From a virus (lineage: Duplodnaviria > Caudoviricetes), in the IMG/VR virus record IMGVR_UViG_2862561106_000004, positions 4,451 to 68,450 of that record: a stretch of 64,000 nucleotides of DNA; one strand, 5' to 3'. Position 1 is the first letter of the stretch. The number at the start of each line of letters is the position of its first letter. The notes below the pieces were generated by a model that had not been told where the DNA came from, searched no databases, and was given only the letters and a program-made list of their open reading frames with translations. The position numbers and the translations under genes are program-made. This document shows, in pieces, positions 26,615 to 37,156 of this stretch.

Positions 26615-27637
26615 ATGGCGATCTCCTACGTGAGCCGCGCCGGCTGGTACGAGACGGTCAACGACAGCAGCTACCAGCTCACGAAGCCGGCGAACGTGCA
26701 GTCCGGGGACCTGCTGATCGCCGCGCTTGTGTTCTACTCCGGCGACTTCGGCTCCGCGCAGACGGTCAACACGCCGAGCGGCTGGACGAAGGTCCGCGAC
26801 ATCACCATGTCGAGCAGCTACGACTACCCGTCGCAGATGACGATCTTCAAGAGGACGGCCGGGTCCAGCGAGCCGACGAGCTGGTCCGGGACCCTCGGCG
26901 GCTCGGAGATCCCGAAGGCGTCCGTGGTGGTTGCCTACCGCGGCGTCGAGACGGCCGCCAACCAGTTCGTCGCGGAGGCCGGCGCTGCATCGGCCGCCGA
27001 AGCGACCTCGCTGAACACCGCCACGGTCAACAACAACGACTCCGACGCCTGGCGTGTGGTCATCGGCAACTACGTTTCGGCCAGCGACAGTTACGCCCTG
27101 ACGTGCACCGAGGTCACCGAGCGCGGCAACCTGCACTTCGATGACGAGACCGGCGGCTACTACACGCTGTGGTTGGCGAACTTCGACTCGAACGGTGCCG
27201 TCGCCACGGGCAACCACTCCCGCAGCATCGGCCGGCAGTTCGCTTGGGCGTCCGCCACCGCCTGGATCGCGCTGCTGAAGCCCTCCGACCCGATCCCGCC
27301 CTCCAGCGGCTCGTTCGCCGCGGAGCTGCCCGACCTCCTGGGCACGATCACCGCGAACGCGAACCACCCCGCGACCCTGAGCGGTACCCTGCCGGCCCCG
27401 ACGGCGGCCTTCGCCGGCTACCCCCACGAGCCGGCCACCGGGTCCCTGGCGGCCGGCCTGCCGGGTCTCACGGCCGCCCTGGCGGGTATCGCCCCCGCCC
27501 TCGGCGCCCTGGAGGCGACGCTGCCCGGCCTGACCGCCGACGTCCGGGCCGACACCCGCCCCCACGGGCCTCGGGTGCACTCCGTGGAGCCCGAGCGCCG
27601 CATCGAGTACATGACGCGCATCAGGGAGAGCCGATGA
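26615..27637 (+). CDS. Minor virion/fibre protein, paralog of previous gene
   Basis: KPANVQSGDLLIA domain plus LP repeats; same VEPE ending. Confidence 0.75.
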   Translation: MAISYVSRAGWYETVNDSSYQLTKPANVQSGDLLIAALVFYSGDFGSAQTVNTPSGWTKVRDITMSSSYDYPSQMTIFKRTAGSSEPTSWSGTLGGSEIPKASVVVAYRGVETAANQFVAEAGAASAAEATSLNTATVNNNDSDAWRVVIGNYVSASDSYALTCTEVTERGNLHFDDETGGYYTLWLANFDSNGAVATGNHSRSIGRQFAWASATAWIALLKPSDPIPPSSGSFAAELPDLLGTITANANHPATLSGTLPAPTAAFAGYPHEPATGSLAAGLPGLTAALAGIAPALGALEATLPGLTADVRADTRPHGPRVHSVEPERRIEYMTRIRESR

Positions 27638-27996
27638 CTGCCGCCCAGCACAACCTGGTCATCGAGCAGCACGCCACCTTTCGCCGCGAGATCCGTTGGA
27701 ACGACGCGGCCGGCAACCCGATCAACCTCACTGGATACCGCATCCGCATGCAGGCCCGGCAGGAGCACTCATCCTCAACCGTTCTGCTGGACTTCGACAC
27801 GGCAGCTCTCGGCCCCGGCATGACCATCGGCCCGCTCAACAGCACCGGCGTCATCTCCATCGCCCTCTCGCCCACGGCGACGGCCGCTCTGAGCTTCCAG
27901 AACGCCCGCTACGACCTGATCGCCATCGCCCCGGGCGGTGAGACGCACCGGCTGATCGAAGGCCGCATGTCCGTAGTGCCGGCGGTGACGCGATGA
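27634..27996 (+). CDS. Fibre/baseplate adaptor protein
   Basis: PINLTGY..RMQ.R...YDL...RLIEG. Confidence 0.7.
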   Translation: MTAAQHNLVIEQHATFRREIRWNDAAGNPINLTGYRIRMQARQEHSSSTVLLDFDTAALGPGMTIGPLNSTGVISIALSPTATAALSFQNARYDLIAIAPGGETHRLIEGRMSVVPAVTR

Positions 27997-28322
27997 GCGA
28001 CTTCAAGCTCGTCGTCCAGCAGGAGGACACCGAGCTCTGGGTCGACTACCCGGTCAACGCCCTCACCCTCTCGCAGGGCGGCCAGCAGGGACCCCCGGGA
28101 CCGCCCGGAGTTCCCGGCGCTCCTGGCGGCTTCGTCTACGAGCACACGCAGTCCGTGGCCGCAGCCACGTGGGTGATCAACCACAACATCGGCCGTCGGG
28201 TCCACGTGTCCGTCTTCGACTCCTCCGGCCGCCAGGTCGAGACCGACGTCGAGCACGGCACCACCAACCAGACGAGCGTCATCTTCGCCACGCCGACGAC
28301 CGGATCGGCCGTTATCTCTTAG
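27993..28322 (+). CDS. Collagen-motif fibre protein
   Basis: GPPGPPGVPG; WVINHNIG. Confidence 0.7.
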   Translation: MSDFKLVVQQEDTELWVDYPVNALTLSQGGQQGPPGPPGVPGAPGGFVYEHTQSVAAATWVINHNIGRRVHVSVFDSSGRQVETDVEHGTTNQTSVIFATPTTGSAVIS

Positions 28323-28335
28323 GAGTTGGAAGCAC

Positions 28336-29334
28336 ATGGCCATGCAGGTCGGCAACGGGCTGGATCTCCAGAACCAGCGCATACAGAACCTCGCGGACCC
28401 CTCGGCGGCGACCGACGCCGTCACCAAGCAGTACGCGGACGCGCTGTCGAGGAACCTGGCCTGGAAGATGGCGGTCCGCGTCGCCACCACCACCAGCGGC
28501 ACCCTGAGCAGCGCCTTCGCCAACGGCCAGACGGTCGACGGCGTCACCCTGGCCACCGGCGACCGCATCCTGATTAAGGACCAGTCCTCCGGGGCCGAGA
28601 ACGGCATCTACACCGTCAACGCCTCCGGCGCCCCCACCCGCGCCGTGGACGCCGACTCGGCCGACGAGCTGAAGGGCGCCACCGTCACCGTGCTGGAAGG
28701 CACGGTCAACGCCGACCGCGTCTTCCGGCTGATCACCGACAACGTCACCCTGAACACCACCGCACTGTCCTGGACGCAGCTCGGCGGCGCGGGGCAGACC
28801 TACTCGGCCGGCGACGGTCTCAGCGAGTCCCCCGCCGGCACCTTCAACGTCGCCACCGGCACCGGCCTGGAGATCAACTCCGACGCCGTCCGGATCGCCG
28901 CGGGAGCGGCCGGAGCCGGTCTCACCGGCGGCGGCGGCTCCGCCCTGGCGGTCGGCGCCGGCAGCGGTATCACCGTCAACGCCGACGATGTCGCCCTGGC
29001 CTCCAGCACCGCCGGAGCCGGCCTCACCTTCACCACCGGCGTCCTGGCCGTCGGTGCCGGCAGCGGCATCAGCGTCACGGCCGACGCGGTCGCCGTGGAC
29101 GCCACCGTCGTCCGCCAGTACGCGACGAGCATCGGGGACGGCTCCGCCACCTCGTACGTCGTCACCCACGGCCTCGGTACCCGCGACGTGCAGGTCACCG
29201 TGCGGGAGACCGCCAGCCCCTACGCCGAGATCATGACCGACAACGAGGCGACCTCCACCACCACGGTCACCATCCGCTTCGCGTCGGCGCCCACGAGCAA
29301 CCAGTACCGCGTCATCGTGCAGGGCGCAGCGTAA
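28336..29334 (+). CDS. Head/tail fibre protein
   Basis: DAVTKQYAD, GDRILIKDQ..ENGIY, AGxGL repeats. Confidence 0.75.
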   Translation: MAMQVGNGLDLQNQRIQNLADPSAATDAVTKQYADALSRNLAWKMAVRVATTTSGTLSSAFANGQTVDGVTLATGDRILIKDQSSGAENGIYTVNASGAPTRAVDADSADELKGATVTVLEGTVNADRVFRLITDNVTLNTTALSWTQLGGAGQTYSAGDGLSESPAGTFNVATGTGLEINSDAVRIAAGAAGAGLTGGGGSALAVGAGSGITVNADDVALASSTAGAGLTFTTGVLAVGAGSGISVTADAVAVDATVVRQYATSIGDGSATSYVVTHGLGTRDVQVTVRETASPYAEIMTDNEATSTTTVTIRFASAPTSNQYRVIVQGAA

Positions 29335-29355
29335 GCAGGGAGGGCATAACCCGCG

Positions 29356-30978
29356 ATGCCGAAACTGCTCAGCCCGCGCACCTTCGCCAGGGCCTTCGAC
29401 GTCCGCGCCTTCGGGGCGAAGGGCGACAACAGCACCAACGACCAGGCCGCGATCCAGGCAGCCCTGGACGCCGCGGCGACGGCCGCCACCACCGAGGGCG
29501 GCGCCCTGGTCGTCATCCCGCCCGGCAAGTACAAGATCAGCTCCGGTCTTCTGGTGAAGTCGGATGTGACGATCCAGGCGTACGGCGCCTACATCTTCGC
29601 CGGGGCCGGCAACTTCGAGATGCTGCGCAACTACGAGGGCGGCGAGTCCGGATACACCGGCAAGAGCCGCATCACGGTCCTCGGCGGCACCTGGGACGGC
29701 AAGGGCCAGTCCTGGGCCATAGACAACAGCGCGAACATCATGGCCTTCATCAACTGCAAGGCCATCACGGTCCGGGACGTCACGATCCGGAATGTGGCCT
29801 CGTACCACGCCATCGAGGTCCAGGCCGTGGACGGCGCCGTGATCGACGGCTGCCGGTTCGAGGGCTTCAAGGACAACACCACCGGCACGATGCGGGTCTT
29901 CTCCGAGGCGATCCAGATCGACGTCAGCGGGTCCTCCACGGCCTGCAAGAACGTCAGCGTCACGAACTGCTACCAGGGCCCGGCCGAGGACGGCTCCGGG
30001 CTGGGGGTGTTCGGCCGCCTGGTCGGCAGCCACACCGACGCCGCCGGCCTGTTCCATACCGGCATTCGGATCATCGGGAACACGTCGAACGGGTCCCTGG
30101 ACAACTCAGTGCAGGCGTACTCCTGGACTGACTCGGTCATCGCCAACAACACGCTCCTGAGCCCCGGCAGTGTCGGTGATGGAAGCTGCATCGAGGTGAC
30201 CGGCAACGCGGCCAACGTCGTGCAGCGCATCGTGATCGACGGAAACACCTGCAAGGATTTCAAGATCGCCGCGGTGTACCTGAACGGTGCTTCCGGCCGA
30301 GAGATCCGGGACTGCACGGTCTCCAACAACGTGATCACGGCGACCGCGAACACCAACCCGGCCATTTCGCTGAGCTTCGCCAACTACTGCACGGTGATCG
30401 GCAACTCCCTCGGGCCGACGAATAACCGCGGCATCACGATCAGCGGCTCCCACTTCAACAACATCAACGGCAACACCATCCGGTCCACCGGAGCCGACGG
30501 CATCTTTCTGAGCGGCAGCGCGCAGTGCCTCGTCGCCAACAACCGCATCAGCGACACCGGATGGCACGGCATGCTGATCGGCGCAACCTCTCAGAACAAC
30601 TTCATTCAGGGCAACTACTTCCGGAAGTGCGGCAGCGCCACACACAACACGTACTCCGGCATCCAGATCAGCAACCTTGCGAACAATGACAACTGCATCA
30701 TGGGCAACCGAATCCAGCGCGGCGAAACCGGCACCGGTCATAACGCCATGAGAGCAGCCATCGAGATCCTGGGCACGACGCCCGTAGACATCTCCATCAT
30801 CTTCAACAGTATCGAAGGCTGGGCGGAATACTCCAACACGGCGGCAAGTTCGACCGTCACGACGCCGCAGACGACTTTCAACAGTCGAGCGATCGTGACC
30901 GGCGGCGAAGCGTTCCTTCAGAACCTTGTCACCGATATCACCCCGTCGGCCGCCACCGCCAACCAGCATCGCGCGTAA
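29356..30978 (+). CDS. Right-handed beta-helix tail spike (pectate lyase-like depolymerase)
   Basis: FDVRAFGAKGD..DQAAIQAAL..PPGKY; many IxGN repeats. Confidence 0.85.
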   Translation: MPKLLSPRTFARAFDVRAFGAKGDNSTNDQAAIQAALDAAATAATTEGGALVVIPPGKYKISSGLLVKSDVTIQAYGAYIFAGAGNFEMLRNYEGGESGYTGKSRITVLGGTWDGKGQSWAIDNSANIMAFINCKAITVRDVTIRNVASYHAIEVQAVDGAVIDGCRFEGFKDNTTGTMRVFSEAIQIDVSGSSTACKNVSVTNCYQGPAEDGSGLGVFGRLVGSHTDAAGLFHTGIRIIGNTSNGSLDNSVQAYSWTDSVIANNTLLSPGSVGDGSCIEVTGNAANVVQRIVIDGNTCKDFKIAAVYLNGASGREIRDCTVSNNVITATANTNPAISLSFANYCTVIGNSLGPTNNRGITISGSHFNNINGNTIRSTGADGIFLSGSAQCLVANNRISDTGWHGMLIGATSQNNFIQGNYFRKCGSATHNTYSGIQISNLANNDNCIMGNRIQRGETGTGHNAMRAAIEILGTTPVDISIIFNSIEGWAEYSNTAASSTVTTPQTTFNSRAIVTGGEAFLQNLVTDITPSAATANQHRA

Positions 30979-30987
30979 GGGGGCGAG

Positions 30988-31311
30988 ATGGCCAAGAAGA
31001 CCAGCCTGGAGGAAGAGATCGCCTCCGGCGATCGCAGGCGCCAACTCACCGCCCTCCGGGACTACGTCGCGCACGAGCTCGAAGCCAACCGGTGCCGCTC
31101 CTGCCAGATGTCCCAGCTCCGCACCGGCGACACGGCCTCCCTGGTGCTCCGTCTACAGAAGATCTGCGAAGAGCTCGCAGCTCTTCCGGCTGAAGGTGGG
31201 GAGGTGAGCCGCCTTGCAGTCATACGAGGAGGCGTCACCTCTCGGACACCAGATGCCAAGACTGCAACACCTGCCCCCTTCGGTCGGAAGTCTGGGACGC
31301 GAAGTAGCTGA
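30988..31311 (+). CDS. Terminase small subunit
   Basis: SGDRRRQLTALRD pattern; directly upstream of terL. Confidence 0.7.
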   Translation: MAKKTSLEEEIASGDRRRQLTALRDYVAHELEANRCRSCQMSQLRTGDTASLVLRLQKICEELAALPAEGGEVSRLAVIRGGVTSRTPDAKTATPAPFGRKSGTRSS

Positions 31312-32755
31312 GCTTTCGGCCCTGGCGGGCTTGAATCTCGACCCGTGGCAGGTCTGGACGATGGAGCAGGCGTGCGCCGTCAAAGAGCAGACCTTCTATA
31401 ACGAATTCACTGACGAGTGGCAGCGCATGTGGGCCGCCTTCGAGGTCGGCCTAGTCGTTAGTCGGCAGAACGGAAAAGGTTCGATTCTTGAGGCCCGTGA
31501 ACTGGCGGGCCTCTACCTTTTCGGTGAACGTCTCATCATCCACTCGGCCCACCAATTCGACACCTCCAAAGAGGCGTTCGCCCGCATCCTGATGCTGATC
31601 GAGCAGACGCCCGACCTGGAAGCCGAAGTGAAGCGTGTATCCCGCTCCCACGGCGAGGAAGGCATCGAGCTCAAGAGCGGCCAGCGCCTCCGCTTCCGCA
31701 CCCGGACCAAGGGCGGCGGCCGTGGCTTCACCGGTGACTGCCTGATCCTGGACGAGGCCATGTACCTGGACTCCAGCCAGGTCGGCGCCCTGATGCCGAC
31801 GCTGTCCGCCAGGCCCAACCCGCAGCTCTGGTACACCGGCTCGGCCGGCGACAAGGAGTCCACCCAGCTCGGCCGCGTCCGCTCCCGCGCGCTGAAGCAC
31901 AACGACCACCGCCTCTTCTACGCCGAGTGGTCCATCGACGCCTGCACCGACTTCTGCCTGTCCACCTGCACCGACCACGACGACCCGACCGCGGTCTCCT
32001 CCTTCGCCAGGGCCAACCCCGGCCTCGGAATCCGCATCAGCGTCGAACACGTCCAGTCCGAGCAGCGCTCCATGGACCCCGACACCTTCGCCCAGGAGCG
32101 CCTAGGCGTCGGTGACTGGCCCGTGGACGGCGACCAGTGGGCCGTCATCGGTGAGGACTCTTGGAAGGCCCGCACGGACGAGGCCAGCTTCATCCTGGAC
32201 GGCAAGGACGACTTGCTGCTCCTGGCCGTCGACACCAGCCCGAACCGGGCCTTCTCCTCCATCGGGGCCTGCGGCAAGAACCCCGACGACCTCCTGCACG
32301 TCGAGATCACTGGCTACGAGCAGTACGACCACCGCCCCGGCACTCAGTGGGTCGTCCCCCGCCTGAAGGAGCTGTGGGCCTCCCTCCGGCCGGCGGCCGT
32401 CGTCATCGACAAGGTCGGCCAGGCCGGCGCCTTCATCGGGGAGCTCGAAGAAGCCGGCATCAAGGTGCTCTCTCCGACCACCTACGAGTACGCCCAGGCG
32501 TGCGGCGAGTTCTACTCCGGCATCGTCCCCCGCAAGGGCGAGACACCGCGCATCGTCCACATCGGCCAGACGCCGCTCACCAATGCGGTAGCCGGCGCCG
32601 ACAAGCGCGACCTCGCCGATAAATGGGCCTGGGACAAGAAAAACTCCTCATCAGACATATCTCCGCTCGTCAGCGTCACTCTCGCGGCGTGGGGATACCG
32701 CAAGCTGCTCCACGAGCGTCCTGCGGCAGCCGCCCCATGGGTAGTTCGGAGGTAA
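31214..32755 (+). CDS. terL: Terminase large subunit
   Basis: LDPWQ, SRQNGKGS Walker A, LILDEA Walker B, ANPGLG, nuclease AVD...ID...DISPL. Confidence 0.95.
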   Translation: MQSYEEASPLGHQMPRLQHLPPSVGSLGREVAELSALAGLNLDPWQVWTMEQACAVKEQTFYNEFTDEWQRMWAAFEVGLVVSRQNGKGSILEARELAGLYLFGERLIIHSAHQFDTSKEAFARILMLIEQTPDLEAEVKRVSRSHGEEGIELKSGQRLRFRTRTKGGGRGFTGDCLILDEAMYLDSSQVGALMPTLSARPNPQLWYTGSAGDKESTQLGRVRSRALKHNDHRLFYAEWSIDACTDFCLSTCTDHDDPTAVSSFARANPGLGIRISVEHVQSEQRSMDPDTFAQERLGVGDWPVDGDQWAVIGEDSWKARTDEASFILDGKDDLLLLAVDTSPNRAFSSIGACGKNPDDLLHVEITGYEQYDHRPGTQWVVPRLKELWASLRPAAVVIDKVGQAGAFIGELEEAGIKVLSPTTYEYAQACGEFYSGIVPRKGETPRIVHIGQTPLTNAVAGADKRDLADKWAWDKKNSSSDISPLVSVTLAAWGYRKLLHERPAAAAPWVVRR

Positions 32756-32761
32756 CGCGCT

Positions 32762-32920
32762 TTGACCAGGGCGGAAGCGCTCATCGCGCTCGTCATCGCA
32801 TTTCTCCTCATGACCGCCGGAGTCATCTGGCTCTTCGGGCCATACGGGCTCGTCGGCAGCGGTCTCGCACTCGGCGGCATCGTCAGCGCCATAAACATCA
32901 GGGGTGAGCGAGATGGCTAA
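32762..32920 (+). CDS. Small 2-TM membrane protein
   Basis: GGAGG RBS, TTG start, hydrophobic; usual position between terL and portal. Confidence 0.55.
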   Translation: MTRAEALIALVIAFLLMTAGVIWLFGPYGLVGSGLALGGIVSAINIRGERDG

Positions 32921-34358
32921 GATATGGTCCTCGCTTTTCCGGGGCGCCCCCGAAGCAGAGCAGCGGTTGACGATAGACGACTGGATGGAGAACGTCCTCC
33001 ACTACCAGAACAACGCCTACGCCATCGGCGGCGGCCCGCCGGTCAACGGCACCTCCGAGGGGGTGCCCAGCGACTTCCTCGGCTACGTCCAGTCCGCCTA
33101 CAAGAGCTCCGGCATCGTCTTCGCCTGCATGCTCGCGCGGATGCTGGTCTTCTCCGAGGCGCGCTTCCAGTTCCAGCAGATGCGCCAGGGCCGGCCGGCC
33201 GACCTCTTCGGCACCAAGGATCTCGCAGTCCTGGAGAAGCCGTGGCCGTCCGGTCAGACCGGCGACCTCCTGGCGCGGGCGATCCAGCACGCCGACCTGG
33301 CCGGCAACCACTACGCCGTCCGCAGCGGCAGCCGCATCCGCTGGCTCCGCCCCGACTGGACCGAGATCATCCTGACCAAGCCGCCCGAGGAGGCCGTCGA
33401 GTGCGACGTCGCCGGCTACCTCTACAAGCCTGGCGGTACGCAGGACAGGGACCGGTGGAAGCTCTACCCGGTGGACGGCTCTCAGGGCCGTATCGCCCAC
33501 TGGGCGCCGATCCCGGACCCCGAGGCCATGTACCGCGGCATGTCGCCCCTCACCCCGATCATCCGTGAGATCGCCAGCGACAAGGCCGCCACCCGCCACA
33601 AGGGCAAGTTCTTCGAGAACGCGGCGACTCCGGCGATAGCGGTGTCCTTCAAGGAGACCGTCACCCAGGAGCAGTTCAACGAGTTCATGGCGGCCATGGA
33701 CGCCTCACACGCCGGAGTCGAGAACGCGTACTCCACGCTCTACCTCGGCGGTGGGGCGGACGTGAAGCCGCTGACCTACGACCTGCGCCAGCTGGATTTC
33801 CGCAACACGCAGGGCGCCGGCGAGACCCGCATCGCCGCGGCCTTGCGCGTCCACCCGGTGGTCGTCGGCCTCTCTGAGGGCATGCAGGGCTCCTCCCTGA
33901 ACGCCGGCAACTTCAAAGCGGCCAAGGACGGCTTCGCGGACGGCTGCATGCGCCCGCTGTGGCGGTCCCTGTGCGCGGCTTACGAGAACCTGGTCCGCGT
34001 CCCCGAGGACGCCCGGCTCTGGTACGACGACCGCGATATCGGCTTCCTCAAGGACGACGTCGCGCAGCTCGCTGAGATCCAGACCATGGAAGCGACGACG
34101 ATCACGAAGTTGATCCAGGACGGCTACACGCCCGAGTCGATCATCGAGGCCGTCCGAAAGCAGGACTGGACGCTCCTCAAGCACACCGGCCTGTACTCCG
34201 TGCAGCTCCAGCCCCCACTGCCGAACGGCCCGGAGGGCGAAGGGCAAGTCGGCGGGCCCCGCCCGTACCGGCCCCAGTCGCAGCAGCCGAAGCCGGCCGC
34301 TCCGGCAGCGAAGAAGACCACCGCGCCCGCACCCAAGAAGCCTCCGGCGAAACCGTAA
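32913..34358 (+). CDS. Portal protein (HK97-type)
   Basis: GMSPL, FFENAATP, RIAAALRVHP. Confidence 0.9.
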   Translation: MAKIWSSLFRGAPEAEQRLTIDDWMENVLHYQNNAYAIGGGPPVNGTSEGVPSDFLGYVQSAYKSSGIVFACMLARMLVFSEARFQFQQMRQGRPADLFGTKDLAVLEKPWPSGQTGDLLARAIQHADLAGNHYAVRSGSRIRWLRPDWTEIILTKPPEEAVECDVAGYLYKPGGTQDRDRWKLYPVDGSQGRIAHWAPIPDPEAMYRGMSPLTPIIREIASDKAATRHKGKFFENAATPAIAVSFKETVTQEQFNEFMAAMDASHAGVENAYSTLYLGGGADVKPLTYDLRQLDFRNTQGAGETRIAAALRVHPVVVGLSEGMQGSSLNAGNFKAAKDGFADGCMRPLWRSLCAAYENLVRVPEDARLWYDDRDIGFLKDDVAQLAEIQTMEATTITKLIQDGYTPESIIEAVRKQDWTLLKHTGLYSVQLQPPLPNGPEGEGQVGGPRPYRPQSQQPKPAAPAAKKTTAPAPKKPPAKP

Positions 34359-34370
34359 GGGAACAGGATC

Positions 34371-34763
34371 ATGCGCTTTTTCAACAACGTGCTGCGGCGC
34401 GGCCAGCAGGTGACGCTGAAGGCCGGCGGCGCGCAGACGTCCAGCACCACCGGCGAGGCCGTGAACACCGGCGAGGGCGCGGTCGCTGTGGTCGACGTAG
34501 TCGTGACCGCCGCTTCCGGCACCACGCCGACGATGACGGTCGTCGTGGAGGGCTCGAACGACGGCACGGCCTGGGTCGAGCTGGGCACCATCGGCGCCGG
34601 CGGCTACCGAGCGGGCAGCTCCGGCTCTGCGCCGGCCAACTTCACCGCGGCGGCCACCAGCTCCGGCGCTTTCCCGGCACCCGAGTTCATCCGGACCCGC
34701 AGCGTCATCGGCGGTACGACCCCCTCCTTCACGTACTCCGTGAGCGCCGTCATCGGCGGCTGA
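34371..34763 (+). CDS. Putative capsid decoration/minor virion protein
   Basis: Beta-rich; SGTTPT..V.VEGSNDG.W. Confidence 0.6.
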   Translation: MRFFNNVLRRGQQVTLKAGGAQTSSTTGEAVNTGEGAVAVVDVVVTAASGTTPTMTVVVEGSNDGTAWVELGTIGAGGYRAGSSGSAPANFTAAATSSGAFPAPEFIRTRSVIGGTTPSFTYSVSAVIGG

Positions 34764-34779
34764 CCGACCACCCACTTCT

Positions 34780-34812
34780 GGGCCCTGCTCCTTCGGGAGC
34801 GGGGCCCTTTTG
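34780..34812 (+). terminator. Rho-independent terminator
   Basis: GGGCCCTGCTCC-TTCG-GGAGCGGGGCCC-TTTT. Confidence 0.8.
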
Positions 34813-34833
34813 CATGCCCGCAAGGGAGTTGAA

Positions 34834-37083
34834 ATGACCGACCCACCCGACCGGCTCTGCTTGCGGGCCGTGGACTTCACGCCTGTTGGCGAGTCCGAAC
34901 GCTCCGGCGAAACAGGCGACGGCCGAACGCTCGAAGGCTACGCAGCGGTTTTCAACACGGACACCGAAATCAACTCGTGGGAAGGACAGTTCAGCGAGCG
35001 AATCGCTCCTGGCGCCTTCAAGAAGACCATCCGCGAGCGCACGCCGGTGCTCCAGTTCGACCACGGCCACGACGTACGCACGGGCTCTGTCCCCATCGGC
35101 AAGATCGAAACGCTTGCCGAGGACGGAGAGGGCCTGTTCGTCTCCGCCCGACTCTTCGACAACCCGGTGGTCGAGCCCATCCGGCAGGCGATCGAAGCCG
35201 GCGCCATCAGCGGCATGAGCTTCCGCTTCAAGGTAGTCCGCGACGAGTGGACCGACGGCGACGGAAAGCGTATCCGCGACCGCGGCGAGCTCCTGGAGCT
35301 GCTGTACGAAGCGGGCGACCGCGGCCCCCTCCAGCGAACCATCAAGGAAGTCAAGCTCTTCGAAGCCGGCCCGGTCGTATTCCCGGCCTATCCCGAGACT
35401 TCCGTCGGCGTCCGCTCCCTTTCCGAGGGCGAACGCGAGCAGTACGTGCAGACCCTCCTTGAGGCAGCGCCCGAGGACGAGGAACGCACCACCGAACCTC
35501 CCGCAGAAGAAGCCCCGGTGGTCCCGGAAGTGGAGACCGAGGAAACGCGGGTCGACCCCGTTAGCGCCGCTCCCCAGAGCACCCCGACGGGACACGCAGA
35601 AACACCTCCCACGCCGCAAAAGGCGGCCCCCGAAACACGAAAGGCAAGTGTCCCCATGGAGACCATGACCGTCGAGGAGCGCGCGTCGCGCCAGGGCGAG
35701 ATCCGCTCTCGACTCACCGAGATCGACACCGAGTACAGCGGCGCCGAGCTGCCCTCCGACATCGCCCGCGAGTGGGACGACCTCAACGAGGAGATGAACA
35801 CCCACCAGCGCGCCATCGAGGCGGCCAACGCCCGCGCCGAGCGCCTGCGCGAGCTGGCCGACGACAAGGCCCACCGCGAGCCCGGCGTCGACCAGGGCCG
35901 CCGCTCCCCCGCCTTCCACCGCCGCGCCGAGAACATCTACGACCTCAGCGCGATCCGCCACGAGGCCCGCAACGTGGACGAGATGGCCGGCCTCTACCGC
36001 GACAACGCCATGCGCGCCATCGAGCAGGGACGGTACGCCGGTGTCAACAAGGAGGCGGCCCAGGAGCGGATCTCCCACCTCCTGGACACCGTGGACGACA
36101 AGCACGGCACCCTCGCCAAGCGCGTCCTCCAGACCGGCTCCCCGCTCTACGAGCGCGCCTTCGGCAAGCTGGCCTCGTCCCTCTCCCCGGACGGCCTCAC
36201 CACCGAAGAGCGTGCCGCGCTGGCGGTCGGCACCGGCCCGACCGGCGGCTACGCGGTTCCGTTCGCTCTGGACCCGACGCTGATCCTCACCAGCTCCGGC
36301 CGCATCAACCCGCTCCGGCGCTACGCCCGAGTCGAGTCGATCACCACGAAGGCGTGGCAGGGCGTGACCACGGCCGGCATCACCGTCTCCCGCTCCGCGG
36401 AGGCAGCTGAGGTCGCGTCGAACGAGCCGACCCTGGACCAGCCCGAGGTCACCCCGACCCGAGTGACGGGCTTCATCCCGTTCTCGATCGAGATCGACCA
36501 GGACTGGAACCAGATGCGCTCGGAGATGGCGCGGCTGCTCCAGGACGCCAAGGACGAGGAGGAGTCCGTCTCCTTCGTCACCGGCTCCGGCACCGGCACC
36601 AACCCCCAGGGCATCGTCACCGGCGCCACCACGCTGGTGGAGTCCGCCACCACGAACACCTTCGTGGCTGGCGACGTCTACAAGCTGGAGGAGGCCCTGC
36701 CCCCGCGCTGGCGCGAGGGCGCGCACTTCCTCGGCAACAAGATGATCTACAACAAGATCCGCCAGTTCGCCGCCACCGACGGCCACGCCCTGTGGACCCG
36801 GATCGGCGCCGGCCAGCCGGCCGAGCTGCTGGGCTACCCGGCGCACGAGGTCTCGGCCATGTCCGCCGACACCACCTCGGAGACCGTGCCCTACCTCGTC
36901 TTCGGTGACCTCAAGCAGTTCCTGATCCTGGACCGCGTCGGCATGAGCGTCGAGCTCGTCCCGCACCTGCTCGGCCCGAACCGCCGGCCCACCGGCCAGC
37001 GCGGCCTGCTCGCCATCTGGCGCAACACCTCCCGGGTGCTCGTCCCGGGTGCCTTCCGCGCCCTGGTCAGCGACACGCCGTAA
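34834..37083 (+). CDS. HK97 prohead protease-major capsid protein fusion
   Basis: LEGYAAVF, FDHG, GMSFRF, VVFPAY (protease); GGYAVP, GSGT..PQGI, LLGYP, FGDL (capsid). Confidence 0.92.
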   Translation: MTDPPDRLCLRAVDFTPVGESERSGETGDGRTLEGYAAVFNTDTEINSWEGQFSERIAPGAFKKTIRERTPVLQFDHGHDVRTGSVPIGKIETLAEDGEGLFVSARLFDNPVVEPIRQAIEAGAISGMSFRFKVVRDEWTDGDGKRIRDRGELLELLYEAGDRGPLQRTIKEVKLFEAGPVVFPAYPETSVGVRSLSEGEREQYVQTLLEAAPEDEERTTEPPAEEAPVVPEVETEETRVDPVSAAPQSTPTGHAETPPTPQKAAPETRKASVPMETMTVEERASRQGEIRSRLTEIDTEYSGAELPSDIAREWDDLNEEMNTHQRAIEAANARAERLRELADDKAHREPGVDQGRRSPAFHRRAENIYDLSAIRHEARNVDEMAGLYRDNAMRAIEQGRYAGVNKEAAQERISHLLDTVDDKHGTLAKRVLQTGSPLYERAFGKLASSLSPDGLTTEERAALAVGTGPTGGYAVPFALDPTLILTSSGRINPLRRYARVESITTKAWQGVTTAGITVSRSAEAAEVASNEPTLDQPEVTPTRVTGFIPFSIEIDQDWNQMRSEMARLLQDAKDEEESVSFVTGSGTGTNPQGIVTGATTLVESATTNTFVAGDVYKLEEALPPRWREGAHFLGNKMIYNKIRQFAATDGHALWTRIGAGQPAELLGYPAHEVSAMSADTTSETVPYLVFGDLKQFLILDRVGMSVELVPHLLGPNRRPTGQRGLLAIWRNTSRVLVPGAFRALVSDTP

Positions 37084-37156
37084 CCGGTAACCGGGAGGAG
37101 TGCAGAAACGATCCTGCACTCCTCCCGGGCACCGCCCCAGCAAGAGGAGCAACATC

